This document shows, in pieces, positions 40,234 through 50,489 of a stretch of 64,000 nucleotides of DNA. The notes beneath the pieces are model-generated. The model was not told the origin of the DNA, searched no databases, and saw only the letters and a list, made by a program, of their open reading frames with translations. Origin of the DNA: a bacterium (lineage in GTDB: Bacteria; Bacteroidota; Bacteroidia; UKL13-3); NCBI GenBank assembly GCA_034439755.1, contig JAWXAZ010000121.1:8412-72411 (forward strand), written 5' to 3'. Numbering within the stretch: position 1 is the first letter of the stretch; each line of letters begins with the position of its first letter. Both the position numbers and the translations under genes were made by a program.

Positions 40234-40587
40234 TTAACTTAGGGTAAAAAACTCTGCTTTTTCTGTTTGGTGCGACCTAATTACGCCGGCACTTACCAAA
40301 GCTGCTAGCATGCGCTGGGCGCGCCACCTGGAAATATTGAGCAGTTTACAAATTTCTTTTAGGGTGGCTCGGTGGTTTTTTTCTAAATGCTTTAAAACAC
40401 CTCGCTCATGGTCGGTATATTTTATAATATTGGGTATGTGGCCGTGACTTCTTTTAAGAACATCTACCACAATTTTACTTGCCAACAACGATTGGTCCTT
40501 AACCCTAATATGCGCCCACCAATTGCCCTCTTCATCTTTGGCATAATAAGGCTTGCTTTTCCCTTCAGGGATTCTGGCTTCAAGCAC
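40234..40587 (-). CDS. Hypothetical protein with C-terminal winged-HTH-like segment. Possibly a remnant of a longer gene.
   Basis: C-terminal …LKEICKLLNISRWRAQRMLAALVSAGVI. The upstream overlapping ORF 40464..40652 is in another frame. Confidence 0.3.
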   Translation of the reverse strand: MLEARIPEGKSKPYYAKDEEGNWWAHIRVKDQSLLASKIVVDVLKRSHGHIPNIIKYTDHERGVLKHLEKNHRATLKEICKLLNISRWRAQRMLAALVSAGVIRSHQTEKAEFFTLS

Positions 40588-40660
40588 TGTTTTGTCTCCA
40601 AAATATCATTCTCACCGCCTGCAATCCTTAATAATAGTGGGTGAACAGCCATTTATCTCC

Positions 40661-42103
40661 TTAATCTTTTTTAATAAGCCAAAGGCCAAAAAACGTTAAA
40701 GCCCCATTTAAAACCAACAGCTCAATGCCAATTTGATAAGTCCAACCCATATAGGCCGGCATAAAATTTTGAAAGAGGTAACACAACAATGGCGAAAGAA
40801 TACACACAACGGGAGTATACAAATCTTTCACTTGGTGTTTGGTTAAAATGCCAAAAGCAAATAAGCCCAGTAACGGCCCATAGGTATATCCCGCAATGTC
40901 TAATAAAATGCCAATAATGGATTTGTTGTTTAGAATTTTAAAATAATAAACCATCAATAAAAACAAAAAGGCAAACCCCAAATGCACCATTTTCCGGGTG
41001 TTCGACTGTTGCACTTCACTTAGGTTTTTATTGCGTTGTATGCCCAAAATATCTAAACAAAAAGAAGAGGTAAGCGCTGTTATTGCGCCATCTGCCGAAG
41101 GAAATAATGCCGATATTAACCCAATTATAAAAATCAATGAAACCCAAACTGGCAAGTGACTTAAAGCAATGGTTGGAAACAAGTCGTCTCCTTTTACCGT
41201 AATTCCTTTGCTGGTGGCGTATAAATATAAAACGCCTCCCAAAAGAAGGAATAAAAAATTAACCAAGACCATCACAGAGCTAAACAAAACCATGTTCTTT
41301 TGAGCGCCGCCCAACGTCTTTACACTAATGTTTTTTTGCATCATTTCCTGATCCAAACCTGTCATGGCAATGGTAATAAATGCACCACCAATAACTTGTT
41401 TTATAAAATATTTTTTATCCAAAACATCAAAATTAAAAACCTGAAGATGCCCGCTATCTCCTAAGCTGCTGAGGGTTTCTGTAAAGCTCATGTGAAGATC
41501 GTCCATGATATAAAAAACACAAACCACCAAAGCCAACAGCATAAAAAATGTTTGCAGTGTATCTGTCCAAACAATGGTCTTTACGCCACCCTTAAATGTA
41601 TATAACAAAATCATGAGCAAAATGATTAGGGTGGTTGTATGAAAATTGATTCCTAATTGATTTAGCACAAATATTTGCAATACATTAATCACCAAATAAA
41701 GCCTTAAGGTAGCGCCCAATGTTCTTGAAATGATAAAAAATATGGCGCCCGTTTTATAGGAAGCCATGCCAAAACGCTGACCTAAATAATTATAAATAGA
41801 GGTAAGTTTCAAGCGATAATAAAGCGGCAACAAGACAAAGGCTACCACAAAATATCCAATAAAGTACCCAATAACAACCTGAAAATAACTAAACTTAGCA
41901 AACTCAACCGTGCCAGGAACAGACACAAAGGTAACGCCCGACAGAGAGGTGCCAATCATTCCAAAGGCCACTAAAGCCCAATGACTGCTTTTGTTGCCAA
42001 TAAAAAACGTCTCGTTATTGGCATTTCTTGAGGTATAGTATGCTACGCCCAAAAGAACTAAGAAGTAGACTAAAATAACGGTTAAAAACAAGGCAGATTC
42101 CAT
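40661..42103 (-). CDS. Sodium:solute symporter (SSF) family transporter
   Basis: About 13 TM helices with SSF-like layout. Confidence 0.55.
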   Translation of the reverse strand: MESALFLTVILVYFLVLLGVAYYTSRNANNETFFIGNKSSHWALVAFGMIGTSLSGVTFVSVPGTVEFAKFSYFQVVIGYFIGYFVVAFVLLPLYYRLKLTSIYNYLGQRFGMASYKTGAIFFIISRTLGATLRLYLVINVLQIFVLNQLGINFHTTTLIILLMILLYTFKGGVKTIVWTDTLQTFFMLLALVVCVFYIMDDLHMSFTETLSSLGDSGHLQVFNFDVLDKKYFIKQVIGGAFITIAMTGLDQEMMQKNISVKTLGGAQKNMVLFSSVMVLVNFLFLLLGGVLYLYATSKGITVKGDDLFPTIALSHLPVWVSLIFIIGLISALFPSADGAITALTSSFCLDILGIQRNKNLSEVQQSNTRKMVHLGFAFLFLLMVYYFKILNNKSIIGILLDIAGYTYGPLLGLFAFGILTKHQVKDLYTPVVCILSPLLCYLFQNFMPAYMGWTYQIGIELLVLNGALTFFGLWLIKKD

Positions 42104-42174
42104 AAGGCAAAACTAATCAGTTACCTTAATCAATCAAGTGAAGTTAACCACAAATAGCTTGATGCGTCTATTAT

Positions 42175-42582
42175 TTATTGCGGCGTTAATGGCACTCCAG
42201 TCAATTGCATTAAAGAAAGAATCACCAGAATAACCAAGAACGACACAATTAACGGCTTCCTCATGGTTTTTTTAGGATAGTCGTCTTCGTTCGTAAAATA
42301 TTTTCTAAAAACAAACTCCACCAACAAAGCCCCCTGAATAAAGTTTAGGGCAAAAGTAGTACCTGGTCCGCGCCATTCTGTTGAAGAAACCAAGGCCGTA
42401 ACCAGGGCCATGGCAAATGAAACCAATAATGCCAAGTTTCCTGCAGCCTTCAGGCCTTTATCGTACAAGTTTTGCCTTAGCAGAAATCCGCCAAAAACCG
42501 GACTAAAAAACACGCAAAAACCCAGCACCACCCAACGCGAATAAATAGCAAATAACGCGGGTTTTCTCTCCTCTTGTTCCAT
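42175..42582 (-). CDS. Hypothetical small membrane protein
   Basis: Three or four TM helices. Confidence 0.35.
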   Translation of the reverse strand: MEQEERKPALFAIYSRWVVLGFCVFFSPVFGGFLLRQNLYDKGLKAAGNLALLVSFAMALVTALVSSTEWRGPGTTFALNFIQGALLVEFVFRKYFTNEDDYPKKTMRKPLIVSFLVILVILSLMQLTGVPLTPQ

Positions 42583-42626
42583 TTTCTAAAAACTTTTTTA
42601 ATAATTATTTTGGTTCGAACCGACCT

Positions 42627-43460
42627 TTAATAAAAGTGTTGACGGTTGCTTTTGTTCCATATTTTTATGAGGATAAACCCAAATAGCATGCCGCCCAAAT
42701 GCGCAAAATGGGCCACATTATCGGATGGATTGGCCGAAATCCCTTGGTACAATTCAAGCGCGCCGTACATAATCACAAAATACTTGGCTTTAATTGGAAA
42801 TGGAATAAACAACATCATTAAAGTAGTATTTGGAAACAACATGCCAAAGCCCAATAAAAGCCCAAACACCGCGCCACTGGCACCCACCATGGGTACATTC
42901 ATTTTGCGCGAAAGCATGTAATCGGTAATCTCTTTGGCGCTAGATAAAAATTCTGGGTTATTGGGTTCGCGTTGCCAACCAGTTAAAAAATCTACCACAT
43001 GAATGTCATTTGCCAAAAAGGAATCTCGCTGAATTAGCTTAAGAAACGAGTCATAATCTGCCTGTAAATAAAAATCAGAAATAGCAGCCTTCACTTGATA
43101 TATTTCAATGGCATTGATGCCAATTTGTAAGGAAGCAGCGCCAAATGCGGTTACAAAATAATAGATAAAAAACCGCTTTGCACCCCAGTAATTCTCCAAT
43201 ACACTGCCAAACATCCACAAGGAAAACATATTAAAAAACAAATGCGTGAAAGAGCCATGCATAAAAACATGGGTAAGGAGCTGATAAGGTTTAAAAAACT
43301 TTGATTCTGGATAGTATAAACCAAGCACTTGGTTCATGTTAAAAAACCCTCTGCTTTCTAATGCTAAATAAGCCAGAAAACAAAGTCCATTTATAATCAA
43401 TAAATTCTTTACTACCGGTGGAAAATTGGAAAAGCTACTTGGTCGGTTCGACTGATACAT
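42627..43460 (-). CDS. Rhomboid-family intramembrane serine protease
   Basis: GASGAVFGLL (GxSG). HFAHLGGMLFGF (catalytic His). Six TM core. Confidence 0.8.
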   Translation of the reverse strand: MYQSNRPSSFSNFPPVVKNLLIINGLCFLAYLALESRGFFNMNQVLGLYYPESKFFKPYQLLTHVFMHGSFTHLFFNMFSLWMFGSVLENYWGAKRFFIYYFVTAFGAASLQIGINAIEIYQVKAAISDFYLQADYDSFLKLIQRDSFLANDIHVVDFLTGWQREPNNPEFLSSAKEITDYMLSRKMNVPMVGASGAVFGLLLGFGMLFPNTTLMMLFIPFPIKAKYFVIMYGALELYQGISANPSDNVAHFAHLGGMLFGFILIKIWNKSNRQHFY

Positions 43461-43536
43461 GAAATTTTTTTTTGCAAAATAAGTCTAAAAAAAGGAATAG
43501 TCTATGTTACCCTATAAAGTGCGGCATCAAATTGAG

Positions 43537-45348
43537 CTAAAACATTTTGCCAATGTCTTGCAAAGTAAGCTTGCTAACACATGGTCGGCCATCTGGCGAA
43601 TACTGCGGCTCCGAGCAGGCAAACAGTTCATCCACCAATCTATTCATCTCCTCTAGTTTTAGTCGCAACCCTTGCTTTATAGCCGCCTTTTTGGCGAGTG
43701 TTTTTGCCACATTTTTATGCTTTCCAATTTCACTTTGCTTATTAACCTTATACATTTCAATAATGCCCATTAGCAGTTCTTGCTCATCTTCGAGGTGCAA
43801 TTCGGCCGGCAAACCATTGATAACAAACGCGTTTTTTCCAAATGCATTTACGGTAAAACCCAAGGCTCCCATTTCGGGCAAAATCTCTTCTAAAATGGCC
43901 TCATCACCTACCGACAGGTTAACCACCTTTGGAAACAACAATTGTTGACTCGCTATGGGATTGTGCTCCAAGGCATTTAAATATTTTTCGTATAAGATTC
44001 TTTCGTGGGCGGCTTGCTGATGAATCAACATCAAACCGCTTTTTATGGGCGTAACAATATATTGATTGTTTAACTGAAAAAAAACGCGAGAATCAACAAT
44101 GTCTTCTGTATTTGTTGGCAACAAAGAGACTTGCGTATGCTCATTAATTAGCACTTCAGATGACTTCTGAAAAAGCGTCTCCCAATGTTGCGCGTTTTGT
44201 TTTCTTTGCTCTTGGTAAATCTCCTTAAAGCCACCCCAATCTGGCTTGCTAACAGTAGCATTCATGCTCGAAAACGACTTAAGCTCATTGGTACTTGGTG
44301 GATTTAACTGCAATTGCATAAAACGGTTGTCGTCAAAACGCTCCTCCCCCGGACTCTGCACATATTCGCCCAAAGCCTTTCTCACCACTGCCCTCAAAAT
44401 CTGATACACATTTCTATCATCCTCAAATTTTACCTCTGTTTTTGTAGGGTGAATGTTAATGTCTATTTGAGCAGGGTCTATGTCTATTTGTATCACATAT
44501 AACGGAAATTGTTCCTTGCTAATGGTTCCTTCAAAGGCATTGCTAACAGCATGGTTGAGATAAGGATCTTTAAAAAATCTTCTATTAACAAAGAAAAACT
44601 GCTCCCCCCTAATTCGTTTGGCAAATTCTGGCTTGCCAATAAAACCCTTTACGTGTATAATACTGGTTTGCTCATCCAATTCAATTAAATCTTCCTCGGC
44701 GCGACCACCAAATACGGAACAAATGCGCTGTTTAAGGGTTTCGCTTGGGTAATCCAATTGAACTTCATCGTTGTGATACAGTTGAAATTTTATGCTCGGA
44801 TTAGCCAAAGATGCCCTGTTAAATTCCTCCGCTATATGTTTCCACTCAACCGGATTAGATTTCAAGAAATTTCTCCTAGCCGGAATATTATAAAACAGGT
44901 TTTTTACGGTGATATTGGTTCCAACAGCCGTTGCAACTGGCTCTTGTTTCTTCACAGAAGAGCCCTCCACCAAAATATAAGTACCCAACTCATCAGATTC
45001 CCTTTTAGTCTTCATTTCCACGTGAGCAACAGAGGCAATACTTGCCAATGCTTCTCCCCTAAAACCCATGGTATTTATCTTGAAAATATCCTCTGTCTGA
45101 ACAATTTTCGACGTTGCATGTCGCTCCCAACACATGCGGGCATCAATTGCACTCATTCCACTCCCATTATCTACGATCTGAACCAAGGATTTTCCTGCGT
45201 CTTTTATGAACAAGATAATTTCGGTACTCCCTGCGTCGATTGCATTGTCGAGCAATTCCTTCACAATAGAGGATGGCCTTTGAATAACCTCCCCTGCTGC
45301 TATTTGACTCGCCACATGGTCTGGCAAAAGTTTTACTATATCTGTCAT
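43537..45348 (-). CDS. mutL: DNA mismatch repair protein MutL
   Basis: N-terminal GHKL ATPase (IAAGEVIQRPSSIVKELLDNAIDAG; DNGSGM). C-terminal dimerisation domain. Start moved to internal ATG 45348. Confidence 0.9.
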   Translation of the reverse strand: MTDIVKLLPDHVASQIAAGEVIQRPSSIVKELLDNAIDAGSTEIILFIKDAGKSLVQIVDNGSGMSAIDARMCWERHATSKIVQTEDIFKINTMGFRGEALASIASVAHVEMKTKRESDELGTYILVEGSSVKKQEPVATAVGTNITVKNLFYNIPARRNFLKSNPVEWKHIAEEFNRASLANPSIKFQLYHNDEVQLDYPSETLKQRICSVFGGRAEEDLIELDEQTSIIHVKGFIGKPEFAKRIRGEQFFFVNRRFFKDPYLNHAVSNAFEGTISKEQFPLYVIQIDIDPAQIDINIHPTKTEVKFEDDRNVYQILRAVVRKALGEYVQSPGEERFDDNRFMQLQLNPPSTNELKSFSSMNATVSKPDWGGFKEIYQEQRKQNAQHWETLFQKSSEVLINEHTQVSLLPTNTEDIVDSRVFFQLNNQYIVTPIKSGLMLIHQQAAHERILYEKYLNALEHNPIASQQLLFPKVVNLSVGDEAILEEILPEMGALGFTVNAFGKNAFVINGLPAELHLEDEQELLMGIIEMYKVNKQSEIGKHKNVAKTLAKKAAIKQGLRLKLEEMNRLVDELFACSEPQYSPDGRPCVSKLTLQDIGKMF

Positions 45349-45479
45349 ACCAATACAAATCACCCGCTTTTTTTTCAGACTTTTTATACTGTGGAGAACT
45401 TTCAACTAAAACATCGTTAATAAGTTATGTTTAGGTGCAATGAAAATGTGCCACTTATTTTGCTTTTTTGTAAAGTAAA

Positions 45480-48407
45480 ATGCTAAAAACCACCCACCTT
45501 ATATTATTTGCGCTGCTCGTTTCCTTGATTTCCAAAGTAACATTTGCCCAAAATCATGTCATCAATTGGCAAAAGAACAATCCTTGGGTAGATTCTGTGA
45601 TGAATACCCTCACCTTAGACGAGAAAATAGCACAGCTTTTTACCGTTGCCGTTTGGACACAAAGAGACAGCAATTACTTAAAAGACATTGAAAAACTGGT
45701 AAAAGATAATAAGATTGGTGGCCTAATGTTTATGAAGGGCACACCACATAAGCAGGCTGTTTTAACCAATAGATATCAAGCTGTGGCCAAAGTGCCACTG
45801 CTCATTAGCATTGACGGAGAATGGGGCTTAAACATGAGACTAGATAGCACGCCCGTGTTTCCAAGACAAATGATTCTAGGTGCCGCTAACAATGCAAGCC
45901 TAACAGAAGAAATGGCCGCAGAAATTGCCAAACACTGCAAGCGACTGGGCATTCATGTAAATTTTGCGCCAGATATAGATGTAAATAACAACCCTGCTAA
46001 CCCTGTTATAAACGACCGAAGTTTTGGCGAAAATAAATATGTGGTGGCAAAACAAGGTATAGCTTACATGAAAGGGCTTCAAAACAACCATGTCTTGGCC
46101 ACCGCAAAACACTTTCCCGGCCACGGAGATACCGAATCTGATTCGCATTTTAATTTGCCTGTAATCAAAGGAAACAGAAAGCGACTAGATTCGTTGGAAT
46201 TATACCCTTTTAAAGAGTTAATAAAGAACGATGTTGGTAGCATTATGGTTGGGCACTTGTTTGTGCCCGCAATAGACACTACCAACAATAGGGCCAGTTC
46301 AATATCGCCCTTAACCGTAAAAAAACTGCTAAAAGAAGAGATGGGTTTTGAAGGCCTTATTGTAACCGACGGACTAAACATGAAAGGGGTTGCAAATTAT
46401 GCGGCGCCTGGAGAAGTGAGCGCTAAAGCCTTGGCCGCAGGAAACGAACTTTTGCTCTTTGTAGAAGAAGTACCACAAAGCATTTTTTGGATCAAAGATT
46501 ATATGAGCTGTGGTTTAATTTCGGAGGCAGAGGTAAACAATGCCTGCCGAAAAATATTAATCACTAAACATTGGGCAGGACTAAACAAATACAAGGCCAT
46601 TGAATTGGCCAATTTGAATCAAGATTTAAATTGTTGTGCAACCGATTTACTCATTAAAAAAGTGATTAAACAAGGCATTGTGGTTGCCAAAAACATGGAC
46701 AACCTCATTCCTTTCGAATCGCCCGAAAAGTATAAAATTGCCAGCCTTGCGGTGGGCAATAATCAGTTCACCAGCTTCCAACAAACGCTTTCTAATTATG
46801 TAAAAGCCGATTATTATTCTATCGATAAAAGCGAAAGTTTGGCCGCATTTGATTCCATGTTTTCTAACATGCAGCGCTATAACCTAGTGATTATTAGCCT
46901 ACATAATACCAGCAGGTTTGTGAGCAGAAAATTAGGCCTCACACAAGCTCAAATCTCCTTTATCAATCGCTTAATTCTTGATAGGAAGTGCATTTTGGTG
47001 AACCACGGCAATCCATACATTTTACAGTATTTTACCCAAGCAAGAAATGTAATAGTTGCCTATGAAGATTTGCCCTTATATAATCAATTAGCCGCACAAG
47101 TTTTAATGGGGGCAATTCCTTCTAAAGGTAAAATGCCCGTTTCGGTAACAGCCGCCTTTCCGCTTGCTTCAGGAATTATGACTGAACCCATTCAACGCTT
47201 CGAATATGTGATGCCAGAAGAAGTGGGTGTTGACCATTTTGCCTTAAGTTTTATAGACACCATGGTGTTGCAAGGAATTAAAGAAAAGGCAATGCCTGGT
47301 TGCCAGGTTTTTATTGCACAAAATGGCAAAGTAATTTATAACAAATCATTCGGCTCTTTTACCTACGATACAAGTTCAACTAAAGTCCAGAATTACCACC
47401 TATACGACTTAGCCTCACTCACAAAAGTGTTGGCCACCACCCTTGCCATCATGAAGTTGTATGATGAAAAGGCCATTGGATTAAATGACAAGCTAGGCCT
47501 TTACTTGCCATTCTTAAGAGGCACCGCAAAAGAAAAAATCAGCATCAAGGATGTTTTGCTCCACCAAGCGGGCTTCCCTGCCTTCATTCCATTTTACAAA
47601 AGAACCATTATCAATGGAAAGCTCGATACAGCGTGGTATAGCAATAAAAAAACAGATAAAAATTGCCTGCAATTAACAGATAGCCTTTGGATTGATAAAA
47701 ATTGTGAGCAAGAGATGTTCAATGTTATTGCCATGGCCGATTTAAGAACTTCGGGTGAATATTTATATAGCGACTTGGGATTTATTTTACTCAGAAAACT
47801 AGTCGAAAATGTAAGCAATATGCCATTCGAAGCCTTTATGAATGAACATTTCTACGACCCCCTCTCTATTGCAAATTTATCCTTTAATCCGCTTAAAAGT
47901 GGAGTGCCTAAAGCAAGCATAGCCCCAACAGAAATGGATACCGCCTTTAGAAAGCAATTGTTGCAAGGTTATGTTCATGATCCAGCAGCTTCAATGTTAG
48001 GTGGCGTAAGCGGGCATGCAGGTTTATTTGGCAATGCAAACAGCGTGGGCATTTTAATGCAAATGTTGTTAAATGAAGGAATATACGGCAATGTGCGCGT
48101 CTTAAAAGCCTCAACCGTTCAACTATTTACAAGCAAACAAAACAAAAAATCAAGGCGCGGACTTGGTTTTGATAAGCCAGAAACAAATCCGTTAAAGCCT
48201 TCCCCAACAGGTTCGGAATGCTCTCCACTCACCTTTGGTCATACCGGCTTTACAGGGGTTTGTGCTTGGGCTGATCCAAAAACGGATTTGGTTTATGTGT
48301 TCTTGTCGAACCGCGTTTACCCCAATGCAGAAAACAACAAATTGGCTCAATCCAATCTTCGCACGCGCATTCAGGACTATATTTACGAAGTAACCCGTAA
48401 GAAATAA
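45480..48407 (+). CDS. Fusion protein combining a GH3 N-terminal (NagZ-like beta-N-acetylhexosaminidase) domain with a class-C/AmpH-like beta-lactamase-fold serine hydrolase domain
   Basis: GH3 motifs (KHFPGHGDTESDSH; VTDGLNM). Signal peptide. C-terminal SxxK (ASLTK), YSD and HTG-like motifs of the beta-lactamase fold. Confidence 0.75.
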   Translation: MLKTTHLILFALLVSLISKVTFAQNHVINWQKNNPWVDSVMNTLTLDEKIAQLFTVAVWTQRDSNYLKDIEKLVKDNKIGGLMFMKGTPHKQAVLTNRYQAVAKVPLLISIDGEWGLNMRLDSTPVFPRQMILGAANNASLTEEMAAEIAKHCKRLGIHVNFAPDIDVNNNPANPVINDRSFGENKYVVAKQGIAYMKGLQNNHVLATAKHFPGHGDTESDSHFNLPVIKGNRKRLDSLELYPFKELIKNDVGSIMVGHLFVPAIDTTNNRASSISPLTVKKLLKEEMGFEGLIVTDGLNMKGVANYAAPGEVSAKALAAGNELLLFVEEVPQSIFWIKDYMSCGLISEAEVNNACRKILITKHWAGLNKYKAIELANLNQDLNCCATDLLIKKVIKQGIVVAKNMDNLIPFESPEKYKIASLAVGNNQFTSFQQTLSNYVKADYYSIDKSESLAAFDSMFSNMQRYNLVIISLHNTSRFVSRKLGLTQAQISFINRLILDRKCILVNHGNPYILQYFTQARNVIVAYEDLPLYNQLAAQVLMGAIPSKGKMPVSVTAAFPLASGIMTEPIQRFEYVMPEEVGVDHFALSFIDTMVLQGIKEKAMPGCQVFIAQNGKVIYNKSFGSFTYDTSSTKVQNYHLYDLASLTKVLATTLAIMKLYDEKAIGLNDKLGLYLPFLRGTAKEKISIKDVLLHQAGFPAFIPFYKRTIINGKLDTAWYSNKKTDKNCLQLTDSLWIDKNCEQEMFNVIAMADLRTSGEYLYSDLGFILLRKLVENVSNMPFEAFMNEHFYDPLSIANLSFNPLKSGVPKASIAPTEMDTAFRKQLLQGYVHDPAASMLGGVSGHAGLFGNANSVGILMQMLLNEGIYGNVRVLKASTVQLFTSKQNKKSRRGLGFDKPETNPLKPSPTGSECSPLTFGHTGFTGVCAWADPKTDLVYVFLSNRVYPNAENNKLAQSNLRTRIQDYIYEVTRKK

Positions 48408-48522
48408 CCTAAGTGCTTCAAAAATAAATTATTGCGAATTTTGCAAATTTGTGAATTAATGGTGCACAACATTTGGATTTGATACAAATTAATCTACCTT
48501 TGAATTTCATATTATTTTATTC

Positions 48523-48831
48523 ATGAACATCTACATTGGAAATTTAAACTGGAGCACAACTGAAGATGAGTTGCGCGGCCTGTTTTCGCAGTATGGCGAA
48601 GTATCAAGTATTAACATCGTTAATGACAAGTTTACTGGCCGTAGCAAAGGATTCGGATTTGTTGAAATGCCAGAAAACACTGGCGCACAAAACGCAATCA
48701 ACTCTCTAAATGGTCAATCTTTCAAAGACAGAAACATTACCGTTAACGAAGCTCGTCCACGCGAAGAAAGACCTAACCGTGAAAGAAGGTCTTTTAACAA
48801 CGACAGAGGAGACAACAGAAGATCTTATTAA
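48523..48831 (+). CDS. RRM-type RNA-binding protein
   Basis: RNP-2 (IYIGNL) and RNP-1 (KGFGFVEM). R/G/D-rich tail. Confidence 0.9.
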   Translation: MNIYIGNLNWSTTEDELRGLFSQYGEVSSINIVNDKFTGRSKGFGFVEMPENTGAQNAINSLNGQSFKDRNITVNEARPREERPNRERRSFNNDRGDNRRSY

Positions 48832-48854
48832 TATTCTTAATTAAGAACTCAACA

Positions 48855-48890
48855 AAAAAGCCGATCAGAAATTCTAATCGGCTTTTTTTA
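48855..48890 (+). terminator. Rho-independent terminator
   Basis: AGCCGAT-CAGAAATTCTA-ATCGGCT hairpin followed by a T7 run. Confidence 0.7.
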
Positions 48891-48999
48891 TGCTAGTTAT
48901 GCAATTTCATTATGCCCTTGATAAATTATTCCGATAAACCTGTTTTCTTCAAACCATTTTCCTGCAAAAAACACAAAACGAAAACTACCCTACTCATAC

Positions 49000-49130
49000 A
49001 ATTACTAAAATCAAATTAGGCCAAATGGCAATTTGATTTTAGTGGGATAAATGCAGAAAGACAAGGTTTTTTGTCTACATACATTTGGACTATTAAATAT
49101 TGCGCATCGGTATAAATTACAATTAATTGG
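49000..49130. repeat. Conserved intergenic element, family A, copy 2. It is preceded by a 14-bp perfect inverted repeat (ACTAAAATCAAATT / AATTTGATTTTAGT).
   Basis: See copy 1. Shared core TTTGGACTATTAAATATTGCGCATCGGTATAA and upstream GCAATTTGA…AAATGC…GACAAG…GTTTT. Confidence 0.6.
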
Positions 49131-49142
49131 TTTTAGAGGCTA

Positions 49143-50354
49143 TTAGTCTTTCCTTTTTATCTTGTTTTTCTGGGCTAAGCTCATTAAATTTATCTTTTTG
49201 TAATAGCCAACTTTGCTCCCTTCTACCCAAACAATTAGCTTTTGACCATATTTTAAGTTGTTGCTCTTAAGCTTGTTCCAAGATTTAATTTCCTTTGCCG
49301 TTACATCAAACCAATCGGCCATATCGCCCAGGTTATCCCCTTTTTTAACGGTATACAAAAGTTTCTTTTTGCTAAATTTTGTTGTATTCTGTTTTGCTCC
49401 AGCAAGGGTGTCTATAGATTCCTCCTGAATCTTTTTGATTGGATCAGCCAGTATTTCGCTGCTGTTTATGGGCCTATAAACCGAATCCTTTAGGAGAATA
49501 AATTCTTTAGATTTGCTTTTTGGAACCCTAATAAAATAACCTTCTACCGAAAACGGAATAATATCTTTCCTAAAAACCGGATTTAACTCGCGCAGTTCTT
49601 CAATGCTCACGCCTGTTACAGACGATATTTGCTGAAAAGAAAGCCATTTATTCACAAGCAAAGAATCGGTCTCCACATCCACCTTCATATCTACCAAGGT
49701 AATTCCATGCTCCCGGTAATAATTCATGATATAGGCTGTTGCTATTACCCTTGGGTATAAATCCTTGCAAAAGGAAGGCATGTGCGGATAAATGTCCCAA
49801 AAATACAAACTGTTGTTGCTTATATGAATGCATTTATTTAAGGTAACAGGAGAACAACCATAACTTGCAATAGCCAGAGGCCATGATTTATAAATGCTAA
49901 ACAAATCCTTAAAATGTTGTGCAGCAATCGATGTAGATTTTAACGGATCTCTGCGCTCGTCGATATACGTATTTACCTTAAGTTTATACATTTTGCTTAT
50001 GGGATAGGCCATCATCCAAATGCCGCTTGCACCAGAGGCGTTTAAAGCAGATGGGTCCAACTCCGACACAGCAACGGCTAAATATTTTAATTCGGTTGGA
50101 ATACCCTTTGCGCGCAAGCCTTTTTCCAACATTGGAAAATATCGCCTACTTTTACTTATTAAGGACTTTGTTTTTTCTGGATTATTTAAATAATCCTCAA
50201 TAAACTGTTTAACTTGTGGATTATACGTTAATTCCAAAGGGCTCTTCAGTGCAGCCAAACGTGCTTGGTAAACCTCGTCAACACCCGCCTTGGCAATACC
50301 CACCGCACCCAAAACAAACACAAATATCACCAGTCTTTTCAATAATACTGCCAT
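49143..50354 (-). CDS. Lytic transglycosylase (MltD-like) with C-terminal LysM domain(s)
   Basis: Signal/TM anchor. SLT-domain-like core. C-terminal LysM (YTVKKGDNLGDMADWFDVTAKEIKSWNKL). Confidence 0.7.
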   Translation of the reverse strand: MAVLLKRLVIFVFVLGAVGIAKAGVDEVYQARLAALKSPLELTYNPQVKQFIEDYLNNPEKTKSLISKSRRYFPMLEKGLRAKGIPTELKYLAVAVSELDPSALNASGASGIWMMAYPISKMYKLKVNTYIDERRDPLKSTSIAAQHFKDLFSIYKSWPLAIASYGCSPVTLNKCIHISNNSLYFWDIYPHMPSFCKDLYPRVIATAYIMNYYREHGITLVDMKVDVETDSLLVNKWLSFQQISSVTGVSIEELRELNPVFRKDIIPFSVEGYFIRVPKSKSKEFILLKDSVYRPINSSEILADPIKKIQEESIDTLAGAKQNTTKFSKKKLLYTVKKGDNLGDMADWFDVTAKEIKSWNKLKSNNLKYGQKLIVWVEGSKVGYYKKINLMSLAQKNKIKRKD

Positions 50355-50489
50355 AAACGCAATTTAATCCTTATGTAGCAACACAAGGTAATAAAGTAAT
50401 CAAGATTTTAACATGAATTAGGCCCGTTTGGCCTCTAATAGAAACACCCTAAGCCAAACTAATGGCGAGGACTATTTTAGTTTCGTGCC

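Noticed and set aside
40464-40652. 62-aa ORF overlapping the start of gene 40234..40587
   Set aside because: It is in a different frame with no motif. It may mark a frameshifted remnant, but the evidence is insufficient to call it.
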